Shown: piece by piece, positions 8,710-17,108 of the stretch
Numbering within the stretch: the stretch's first letter is position 1
Layout of the letters: each line of letters begins with the position of its first letter
NCBI GenBank assembly: GCA_009693165.1
Contig: SHXX01000003.1
Coordinates: 2,721 to 66,720, forward strand
From: Chloroflexota bacterium
GTDB taxonomy: Bacteria > Chloroflexota > UBA11872 > UBA12225
Direction: 5' to 3'
Length of the DNA stretch: 64,000 nucleotides
Position numbers and translations under genes: made by a program
The notes under the pieces: model-generated
What the model saw: the letters and a program-made list of their open reading frames with translations, nothing else
Told to the model about the DNA's origin: nothing
Databases searched by the model: none

Positions 8710-10518
8710 CTACCCGGTGATGCTCGGGGGCGTGGCATTGCCTAGCCAGCGCGCCAGCTTGAGGCGTCGGAACCCAATCGCGCTCATCCGTAGAAGCAAC
8801 ATCCCGTGCTTGAAGACCTGCACCTTCGAGTAGCCCGAAGTTCGCCGACGGTACCGAACCGGCACCTCGAGGATGCGAAGCCCGAGCCTGGCTGCACCGA
8901 ACAGCAGGTCGAAATCGCCGAACGGGTCGAAATCGCCAAAATACGTACGGTTTGCGACTAGGACCCGGTAGTCGGAAGCCCGCAGCACCTTCGTGCCGCA
9001 CAGCGTGTCCTTAATCCGCTGCCCAAGCAACCAGGTAAAGACCATGCTGAAGAAACGGTTCCCGGCAAGATTGATGATGCCCATGGCCTCATCTTCAAGC
9101 GGATAGACCAGGCGGGTACCGTTGATGAATCCGGCACGGCCGGCTGCTATCGGTTCGAGGAATTTCGGCATGTCCTCAGGCGGAACCGTGAGGTCGGCGT
9201 CCAGAATGAACAGGACATCGCCTGACGCAGCCCCGAAACCCTTCCGGACCGCATCACCCTTGCCAAGTTTGAGCATCGTTACCGGCCCGGCATCGACACC
9301 CCGAGGCCCGGCCGTCGGGCTACCTGACACTGAGGTGCCGTTAACGGAGCCAACGTAGGACCGACCGACGAACCCCGTGGTTGCGGCAAACGGTGAACTT
9401 CGATGATCTGCCCCAGGCAATGGGACCTGGTCGATCAACTTGATGTCACGGGACCCGTGGTGAAGGGCAATCTGCTCAAGGATTGCCTCGCGGGTTCCAT
9501 CGGTGGATGCACCATCGACGAAGATGAGTTCAGTGTGAGCCCCCAAATCCGGAAGACGGTCCACTGCAGCGGCAATGTTCCCTTCTTCATTCCGGCAGGG
9601 CACGATGACCGTGCAGGTGAGATCCTCCGCAACGGGACGGTTGCCTACCGGACGCACCGTCCACGCATGGACAAGCGCGAGGTGTTGTAACAGTGGGATG
9701 TGAACGAGGATCCGGTTCATGATCGACGAAAGGACCGGGACTTCCCTCGGCAACAAGAGCGCCGCATTGCAGGTGCGCGCCTCGAGATCCGCGAGCACAA
9801 TCAGGTTCTCGATGTCATTCCGGCCAAGCCAGTTCTGTTCGGAATCGGGCATCTTCCACCCAAATCGTTCGCCGAGCCACAAGATTGGCTGCCATGCCCA
9901 ATTCCATGATGTGATGACAATCGTCGTGCGTGGCCCGGAGACCGCGTGAAGACCGGCAAGGGTCGCCTGAATGTCCTCAAGGTACCCAAGGATGTCCGAG
10001 CAAATGATGTAGTCGAAGGTTCCGGAAAATGGAAGTTCCTGGGCATCGGCCTGAACGAAAGCAAGCCCACGACCGTGCCCACCCCATCGGGCATTCGCCT
10101 CGCGAACCATCTCGCCGCTGACGTCGACACCAACCCCGAAGCCGGGTTTCAAGGAGGCAAGCAGGTCTCCGGTTCCACACCCCAGTTGCAACACTCGGGC
10201 GCCCGGTGGGATCACCTGTCTGGCAAGTCGAAGCACCTCAGCGTGGTAGTACGCGTTGCGCTCACGCCAACGTGTCCTGGTCTTGGCATGCCGGTCGAAC
10301 CATTTCGCAACCTGTTGACGGACCCGGTAGCGATAGAGGCGATCGTCGGAAACAACACCACGGTCAGGTGCCGCCGATTGCCCAATCATCGCCTTGACCT
10401 TGGCACCCTGCACCTCGACGCTCATGGCAGTCCAAAACCCAGTCTCGAAACCCGTCCATATCCAGAACGGACAGTTCGCTGCGAACGGTCGTCGCAACGA
10501 CCCACCCGCAAGTATCAC
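8710..10518 (-). CDS. Bifunctional class-I SAM-dependent methyltransferase / family-2 glycosyltransferase (WsaE-like chain terminator candidate)
   Basis: N-terminal VLQLGCGTGDL (SAM-binding motif I). C-terminal VIVPCRNEEGNI...IFVDGASTDGT...DADL (GT2 DxD-type). The ORF starts at GTG 10518. ATG alternatives at 10425 and 10389 are plausible true starts. Confidence 0.75.
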   Translation of the reverse strand: MILAGGSLRRPFAANCPFWIWTGFETGFWTAMSVEVQGAKVKAMIGQSAAPDRGVVSDDRLYRYRVRQQVAKWFDRHAKTRTRWRERNAYYHAEVLRLARQVIPPGARVLQLGCGTGDLLASLKPGFGVGVDVSGEMVREANARWGGHGRGLAFVQADAQELPFSGTFDYIICSDILGYLEDIQATLAGLHAVSGPRTTIVITSWNWAWQPILWLGERFGWKMPDSEQNWLGRNDIENLIVLADLEARTCNAALLLPREVPVLSSIMNRILVHIPLLQHLALVHAWTVRPVGNRPVAEDLTCTVIVPCRNEEGNIAAAVDRLPDLGAHTELIFVDGASTDGTREAILEQIALHHGSRDIKLIDQVPLPGADHRSSPFAATTGFVGRSYVGSVNGTSVSGSPTAGPRGVDAGPVTMLKLGKGDAVRKGFGAASGDVLFILDADLTVPPEDMPKFLEPIAAGRAGFINGTRLVYPLEDEAMGIINLAGNRFFSMVFTWLLGQRIKDTLCGTKVLRASDYRVLVANRTYFGDFDPFGDFDLLFGAARLGLRILEVPVRYRRRTSGYSKVQVFKHGMLLLRMSAIGFRRLKLARWLGNATPPSITG

Positions 10519-10535
10519 AAAGTAACCCGAGAAAC

Positions 10536-11771
10536 CTAGCGGGTGCCTCCGGGAAGGGCGCCGTCTCCCGGCAAGCCTTCGGAAACCGCAGCAATCGTGA
10601 CTGATGCAGTTAGCGGTTCAATGCGCTCAATGCGCACACCCTCAAGGAGCGCGACTGCCACTGGAAGAACGTACGTGCCGGGAACGAGACCGGCCACATC
10701 AACCGTGGCCAAGACGTCGCCTGTCGCGACACGTTGCAGCTGCGGTTGCGATCCCACCAAAGTGACTGTCACAACCGACGGCGACACAACTCCCGTTCCA
10801 CCAACTGGGATCACCGCCACCTCCCTGTTCTGCTGACCGGGAAGCGCAGACACAATGATGCGCACGGTGGCAGGGACATCCCGAACCAGCGACACGCCTG
10901 CCGGACGGATGATCGTCACCGTGCGCACCTGATCGTTCTGGGCACCGCTGACATCAATCTCCTGCGTGGACAGGACCGCAAGTGGTTCGAGCAATCCGGG
11001 TTCACCAACAATCTGCACCGTCGGCGGATCTACAACAACTCCTGACAACCAATGACCCGCTGAAGGCTGACCACGTACGACAGGAACCACCGGGACAACC
11101 TTGGATCCCGCGATCTGCTCTACCTGAACCGTCACCGTTACCGCCTGGGGTTCAATCCGTACGCTCGACACGGCACCAGATGCCCCGCGCGGTTCAGGTT
11201 TCAGTGACCGTTCAACCGTGGACTTCAATTCTTCCATCCGGACGGATACAAACGCCTCGGTCACCTTCTCAATTGCACTGGCCGGACCGCTCACGGTGAT
11301 GCGATCAGGTGTGACCAACGGCGGCCCAACAACCCGGAAGCCGAACGGAACCGTCCCAAGCTCATTTACCCGCACGGGAATCTCGACGGTGCGGGTTTCC
11401 TCAACCCGGACCGCAACCTTGGGCGGGGAATGCGATACCAGACGAACATCAGGATCCGAACACTCCACCATCACTTCACGCTGCTGGAGACCCGGGCTCG
11501 CCTGGCTCAGATCGATTGTGGCGCGAAAGCTCGAAGCCTGTAAACGTCGCCACGAATCCTCAGGGGCGCTTATCCGGACCCGCACCGCGCCCGTCTCGTT
11601 CGCAACCAGAAGTGTCGGCGCCAAACCACGGACCTCTATTGCAATGTCCGTCGGATACAGCCCCTCACGTTCCGGGTTCTGCTCAATCGTGAGACGAACC
11701 CAAAGGACAATCGCGACCACAAGGGCAAGGGCAAACCGCCACGTAAGGACGGCCGGGAATACCGATCTCAT
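10536..11771 (-). CDS. cdaR: YbbR-domain protein CdaR (regulator of diadenylate cyclase CdaA)
   Basis: N-terminal TM segment followed by repeated YbbR-like beta-rich domains. The ATG at 11771 overlaps the cdaA stop as ATGA, so the longer ORF start at 11846 is probably spurious. Confidence 0.7.
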   Translation of the reverse strand: MRSVFPAVLTWRFALALVVAIVLWVRLTIEQNPEREGLYPTDIAIEVRGLAPTLLVANETGAVRVRISAPEDSWRRLQASSFRATIDLSQASPGLQQREVMVECSDPDVRLVSHSPPKVAVRVEETRTVEIPVRVNELGTVPFGFRVVGPPLVTPDRITVSGPASAIEKVTEAFVSVRMEELKSTVERSLKPEPRGASGAVSSVRIEPQAVTVTVQVEQIAGSKVVPVVPVVRGQPSAGHWLSGVVVDPPTVQIVGEPGLLEPLAVLSTQEIDVSGAQNDQVRTVTIIRPAGVSLVRDVPATVRIIVSALPGQQNREVAVIPVGGTGVVSPSVVTVTLVGSQPQLQRVATGDVLATVDVAGLVPGTYVLPVAVALLEGVRIERIEPLTASVTIAAVSEGLPGDGALPGGTR

Positions 11772-12676
11772 TGCGATCCACGACCAGCCGTCGGCGCAAC
11801 AGCGGGCGAACCACTGGTTCCTGCCCTGGTCGCCCGCTGACGCCAAAGGTTTCCGAAAGAGGCGGAACGACCTTCACCATCACCCCAGCCTACCCCAGGC
11901 GGCGAAAGGAAGGCGGTCAGTTCCCGCTCAAGATGCGAATGGTCCGGAAGCCGGTGCAATTGGCCGTGTTCGGCAATCGAGACTGCCCCGGTCTCCTCGG
12001 AAACGACAACACAGATGGCATCCGTTCCCTCGGTGATGCCCACGGCCGCGCGATGGCGGGTCCCAAGTTCCGGACCAAGGATCGGGTTGTCGCTCAATGG
12101 GAGGAGACACCGCGCGGCCACTAACCGGTCCTGGCGGATAAGGACTGCGCCATCGTGCAACGGTGACCCTCGAAAGAACACTTGGTGCAGAAGTTCTGCC
12201 GAGACCACTGCATCCAGACGGGTCGCAGACTGCACATATTCCTCAAGACCTGTCGTACGTTCAAATACAAGCAATCCGCCAAACCCGCGGTCAATGAGCA
12301 CCTGGCACCCGCGCGAAACCTCGTCCGCGACCAGCGCACCCGTATGGGCAATTGCCCTTGTTCGGGTAGTTGTCAACAAGTTGCCCGTTCGTCCAAGTTG
12401 TTCAAGGACGCGACGAAGTTCGGGTTGAAACACGACCGGGATAGCGATGAGGACTGCAGGCAGACTGTTCTGAACCAGCCAGTTGAGGATGGTGAGGTTC
12501 AGTGCCGACCCCACAACTCCGGTGGCAAGAAGGACGATCAGCACGCCCCGTACAAGCTGATCCGCCTGCGTCCCACGGATCAGTACGAGGAATCCGAACA
12601 AGATGAGGGTCACAATCGCGACATCAAGAACCGCGAGCGGCGTCACCTTGCCGAGTAACCAAATCGCCTGTTGCAC
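11768..12676 (-). CDS. cdaA: Diadenylate cyclase CdaA (c-di-AMP synthase)
   Basis: Three N-terminal TM helices followed by a DAC domain: DGAVLIRQDRLVAARCLLPLS...LGTRHRAAVGITEGTDAICVVVSEETGAVSIAEHGQL. Confidence 0.85.
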   Translation of the reverse strand: MQQAIWLLGKVTPLAVLDVAIVTLILFGFLVLIRGTQADQLVRGVLIVLLATGVVGSALNLTILNWLVQNSLPAVLIAIPVVFQPELRRVLEQLGRTGNLLTTTRTRAIAHTGALVADEVSRGCQVLIDRGFGGLLVFERTTGLEEYVQSATRLDAVVSAELLHQVFFRGSPLHDGAVLIRQDRLVAARCLLPLSDNPILGPELGTRHRAAVGITEGTDAICVVVSEETGAVSIAEHGQLHRLPDHSHLERELTAFLSPPGVGWGDGEGRSASFGNLWRQRATRAGTSGSPAVAPTAGRGSQ

Positions 12677-12765
12677 GACCCCGTCTCAGCCCCCCGGCGC
12701 GACGCGCCGTCCACTCAACCCAAGGTCAGCATACCCGTTCACAACCCGCCGCCGTGCTTCTGATC

Positions 12766-13752
12766 TCACACCCCAAGGAGAAGCGTCAGGATCGCCTTCT
12801 GCGTGTGCAGGCGGTTCTCGGACTGGTCGAACACTACCGAGTGGGGCCCATCCATCACTTCGTCGGTGATTTCGAGACCGCGATGCGCAGGCAAGCAGTG
12901 CATCACTATCGCGTCGGCGCGGGCGTGCGCGAGCAACGCGGCATTCACTTGGTACGGCGGGAACACCTTCATCCGCTCAGCGGACTCAGCCTCTTGGCCC
13001 ATGCTGACCCACGAGTCGGTATAGACGACATCCGCGCCGTCAACGGCCGCCACGGGATCGTCATGCACAACAATCTCGCCGTCGGTGTGCAAAGCCATCG
13101 CCCGCGCTCGCTCGAGTACCGGGCCGGTCGGCTGATACCCCTGAGGGGCACCCACGTGCAAATCCAGACCAAGCACTCCGGCGGCAAAGATCAGCGAGTT
13201 TGTCACGTTGTTGCCGTCGCCGACGTAGGCGATCTTGAGCGAAGTCAGGCGCCCTCGATGCTCCTCGATTGTCTGCAGGTCAGCCATGATCTGGCATGGG
13301 TGACAGAAGTCGGAAAGTCCATTGATTACCGGCACCTTGGAATTCGCCGCCAGTTCAATGACCGTCTGATGTGAAAAGACACGGGCCATGATCACGTCAA
13401 CCCATCGCTCAAGGTTATGCGCAACATCCGGGACACTCTCTCGTGTACCCATCTGCATATGCTGCTGGGCAAGATCGATGGCATGACCGCCAAGCTGGGT
13501 CATTCCCGTCTCAAAGGTGCACCGTGTCCGCAAGCTGGGCTTCTCAAAGATCATCGCTAGCGTCCGGCCCTCGAGAAGACGATGTGCCCTCCGTGCCCGT
13601 TGCTCGCGCTTCAATGCATGCGCGCGGTGAAGGATTGTCCTCAATTCCGCACTTGTGTAGTCAGCGATGGAGACGAGGTCACGCCCGAAAAGTGATTCGA
13701 CAGGTGCACGCGTCACGGTGTCGGTCTCGAAGACAACGGGAAGAGTCGACAT
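12766..13752 (-). CDS. argF: Ornithine carbamoyltransferase
   Basis: STRTRCTFE carbamoyl-phosphate-binding motif and HCLPAHRG motif. The ATG at 13752 has GGAGA upstream, whereas the ORF track starts at TTG 13788. Confidence 0.85.
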   Translation of the reverse strand: MSTLPVVFETDTVTRAPVESLFGRDLVSIADYTSAELRTILHRAHALKREQRARRAHRLLEGRTLAMIFEKPSLRTRCTFETGMTQLGGHAIDLAQQHMQMGTRESVPDVAHNLERWVDVIMARVFSHQTVIELAANSKVPVINGLSDFCHPCQIMADLQTIEEHRGRLTSLKIAYVGDGNNVTNSLIFAAGVLGLDLHVGAPQGYQPTGPVLERARAMALHTDGEIVVHDDPVAAVDGADVVYTDSWVSMGQEAESAERMKVFPPYQVNAALLAHARADAIVMHCLPAHRGLEITDEVMDGPHSVVFDQSENRLHTQKAILTLLLGV

Positions 13753-13878
13753 TGAAGCGGGTCTCCAGTACGTCAGAGACCGCGACAACAGTGGCGGTCC
13801 CGGGTCACTGCCGAGGACGGTCCCCCATCACCCGGTCACAAAGTATCAGGCATTGCAATCGCGCAATCCAGTCAACCG

Positions 13879-15381
13879 TCAGCGGATGAATGTGGAAGAC
13901 GCGCTGGCCAGTGCAAGCACGCCCTGCGGAAAGACCCCTAGCGCAATCACGGCAATTCCAGCAACACTCGCCGCCACGGTCACCCAGCGAAGCGGCGTCA
14001 CCGCCTCGACCCCAGCGACCGGGTCAACCATGTACATCTGGTAGACCACCCGCAGGTAGTAGTACACGCTGATGACACTAGAGAGCAGCCCAATCACCGC
14101 AAGCCAGGCATAGTCCGCCTGCACCGCGGCGGTGAAGATGTAGAACTTCCCGACAAACCCAACCGTAGGCGGTATCCCGGCGAGCGACAACATGAACAGC
14201 GCCATGAGCCCTGCCAAGACGGGGTGCCGACGCGATAGCCCAGCGTAGTCGCTGATTAGGAGATGGTCCTCGCTCCGTTTGCCCAGAAGGATCACAACCA
14301 TGAACGCGCCAAGGTTCATGACCGTGTATCCAACGGTATAGAAGAGCAGACTGGCCATTCCCACCCGGCTCGCAGCGACCACCGCTACAAGAATGTAGCC
14401 AGCGTGGGCAATGCTTGAATACGCCAGCATCCGCTTGATGCTCTGCTGGGAAACCGCAGCCGTATTGCCGACAATCATGGTTACGGCCGCGAGTATTGCC
14501 AAGATCACCGACCAGTCATGCGACAAAGTCGGGAAGGCGATCATGAAAACGCGGGCAATTGCCGCGAAAGCCGCAGCCTTGGCGCCAACACTCATGTATG
14601 CGGTGATGGCTGTGGGTGCTCCCTCGTAGACGTCAGGCGTCCACATGTGAAATGGCACCACCGCAGCCTTGAACCCGAGGCCAACGACGAGCATCGCCAC
14701 ACCCGCCAATAGGAGCCCGGACGTCGCCGCACCCGCAACCGAACCGGTCCCACAACCGAACATTGCAAAGGTGCTCGCCGGATTGATCGCTCGCGCTACG
14801 CATCCGAGGTTCGTGCTGCCAGTGCTTCCATAGACCAATGCAATTCCGTAAAGCAGGAAACCTGAAGCGAAGGCACCCAACAGCAGGTACTTGATCGAGG
14901 CCTCTTCCGATTCGAGACGACGCCGTGAGAACCCAGTAAGGATATACAGGCAGATGGACAGCAACTCCAACCCGAGAAAGACCATGATCAGGTCAGCCGC
15001 CGAAGCCATTAGGACCATCCCGACTGCCGAGAAGACAATGAGCGAGTAGAACTCGCCAGGATGGAAGTCTTCCTTCGTGAGTTGGTCGAATGAAAGAAGC
15101 ACCGTTACCCCGACGATCACGAGGAACAGCACGGTGAAGTACTGCGTGTAATTGTCAGCGACAACCATCCCGGAAAACGCAGCCTGTGCCTCGTATCCCC
15201 AAAGAGAGACCGATGTGCCAATCGCGATGGCAAGGCCTCCCGTGGTCAGCCACGCCAACGGTTCCGGCGAAGCATCATCGCCACGGAAAAGATCGACCAC
15301 GAGAACCAGGCAACCTGTCAGGGTAAGAACCACTATAGGCGCAATGGTCCACCACTCAAGCGTCGGTAAGACGAACATCAT
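13879..15381 (-). CDS. nuoN: NADH-quinone oxidoreductase subunit N
   Basis: 500 aa polytopic antiporter-like subunit. It occupies the last position of the nuoA-N operon. Confidence 0.85.
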   Translation of the reverse strand: MMFVLPTLEWWTIAPIVVLTLTGCLVLVVDLFRGDDASPEPLAWLTTGGLAIAIGTSVSLWGYEAQAAFSGMVVADNYTQYFTVLFLVIVGVTVLLSFDQLTKEDFHPGEFYSLIVFSAVGMVLMASAADLIMVFLGLELLSICLYILTGFSRRRLESEEASIKYLLLGAFASGFLLYGIALVYGSTGSTNLGCVARAINPASTFAMFGCGTGSVAGAATSGLLLAGVAMLVVGLGFKAAVVPFHMWTPDVYEGAPTAITAYMSVGAKAAAFAAIARVFMIAFPTLSHDWSVILAILAAVTMIVGNTAAVSQQSIKRMLAYSSIAHAGYILVAVVAASRVGMASLLFYTVGYTVMNLGAFMVVILLGKRSEDHLLISDYAGLSRRHPVLAGLMALFMLSLAGIPPTVGFVGKFYIFTAAVQADYAWLAVIGLLSSVISVYYYLRVVYQMYMVDPVAGVEAVTPLRWVTVAASVAGIAVIALGVFPQGVLALASASSTFIR

Positions 15382-15415
15382 TGCCCAGCACCATCCTCAG
15401 CTAGCGGTCGACGCG

Positions 15416-17002
15416 TCATGGAACCCGAGCCCCTGTTCCGCTCGCAAGCACTCCGGACTGCGGCTGCGCCATCCTCGCACTAATCGCTTCGACTGACGCA
15501 GCCGTGCGATCAAGGAACGGTCTCGGGTAAACGCCAATCCAGATGATCAGCGCGGCGAGAGGCAGGAGCACTATCAATTCGCGGACCGTAAGGTCACCGA
15601 GAACCAGACCCGCACGACCACCCGCCACTTTGCTGGTCTCGTCGTCCGGGGCCGAGAAAGCCGGGTTCACCGGTCCCTGCATTGCACGCTGATACATCCA
15701 GAGCAGGTACACCGCGCTGAGCACGACACCAGACGCGCCAATGATCGCGAATGGTTGCAGTCCGTCGGTGGCATTCTTGAAAGTCCCGGCCAGGATCAGG
15801 AACTCACCGACAAACCCATTCGTAAAAGGCAACCCCGCCGATGAGAACATCACCAGGGTGAAGATGCCCGCGAACACCGGCATGACCTTGGCTATGCCGC
15901 CGAGGTCTGAAATCATTCGGGTTCGGGTCCGTTCATGCAGGAACCCCACTAGCAGGAAGAGCGCCCCTGTCGAGATGCCGTGGTTCAGCATCTGAAGAAC
16001 GCTTCCCTGGAGGGATTCGGTCGTCATCGCGAAGAGGCCAAGCATCACAAAACCGATATGGCTGATTGACGAATACGCCACCACCCGCTTCATGTCGTGT
16101 TGCATCGCGGCGATCAGCGCGCCATAGACAATCCCGACTGTCGCGAGAATGGAGACCGTCCATACCGCGTCATGGGCCGCCGTTGGAAAGAGGGGAATGC
16201 AGAAACGCAGGAACCCGTAGGTGCCAACCTTCACCATGACCGCAGACATGATGACCGTCGCCCCCGTTGGTGCCTCGGAATACGCATCCGGGAGCCACGC
16301 GTGGAACGGGAACAATGGCACCTTAATCGCGAACGCAAGCGCAAATGCCGCGAACAGCCACAACTGCATCTCAAATGAAAGTGCCCCGCCGGGTGCGGTG
16401 ATCGCCTCCAGGATCTCCACATAGTCGAATGAACCCATGAGCAGGTACAGCCCGATGATCCCCACCAGCATCACCACCCCACCGGCCATGGTGAAGAGGA
16501 AGAACTTCATCGCCGCATAGAGCCGTCGTTCCCCACCCCAGATTCCGACGAGCATGTACATCGGGACGAGCATGAGTTCAAAAAAGATGTAGAACAGGAA
16601 AAGATCCAGAGACAAGAGAGTCCCAAGTATGGCTGTCTCCATGAGGAGGACCATCACCGAGAACTCCTTGACCCGCGTCGTGATCGTCGTCGAGACCGAC
16701 AGGATCACCAGCGGAAGCATCAAGGTTGTCAAGAGCACGAGCAGGATGCTGATCCCGTCAATACCGAGGTGGTAGCCAATGCCGTATTCGGGCAGCCATG
16801 GCACGCGTTCCTCCCACTGAAACGCTGCCGTGCCAGTGGCAAAACCGAACCAAAGTAGGAGCGAGACAAGAAACGTCACCCCGGAAACGGCCAGTGCAAG
16901 CCGCCGTGACGTACCAGGTTGGTCACCAGGAACGAACAACGCAAGCACCGCCCCCACAAGTGGGAGGAAGAGCACAATCGAGAGCAGCGGTAAACCGTCC
17001 AT
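15416..17002 (-). CDS. nuoM: NADH-quinone oxidoreductase subunit M
   Basis: 528 aa antiporter-like subunit (ND4 family), placed by operon order. Confidence 0.85.
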   Translation of the reverse strand: MDGLPLLSIVLFLPLVGAVLALFVPGDQPGTSRRLALAVSGVTFLVSLLLWFGFATGTAAFQWEERVPWLPEYGIGYHLGIDGISILLVLLTTLMLPLVILSVSTTITTRVKEFSVMVLLMETAILGTLLSLDLFLFYIFFELMLVPMYMLVGIWGGERRLYAAMKFFLFTMAGGVVMLVGIIGLYLLMGSFDYVEILEAITAPGGALSFEMQLWLFAAFALAFAIKVPLFPFHAWLPDAYSEAPTGATVIMSAVMVKVGTYGFLRFCIPLFPTAAHDAVWTVSILATVGIVYGALIAAMQHDMKRVVAYSSISHIGFVMLGLFAMTTESLQGSVLQMLNHGISTGALFLLVGFLHERTRTRMISDLGGIAKVMPVFAGIFTLVMFSSAGLPFTNGFVGEFLILAGTFKNATDGLQPFAIIGASGVVLSAVYLLWMYQRAMQGPVNPAFSAPDDETSKVAGGRAGLVLGDLTVRELIVLLPLAALIIWIGVYPRPFLDRTAASVEAISARMAQPQSGVLASGTGARVP

Positions 17003-17108
17003 GCCTTCTCACTCGACCGACCGCCCAGCACCCACGAACCGTGGCCGCCGAACGTCCGCACGACTCACGCAGTCAATCGTGCGGGGTGAAGCACACCCGC
17101 CACCGTTC

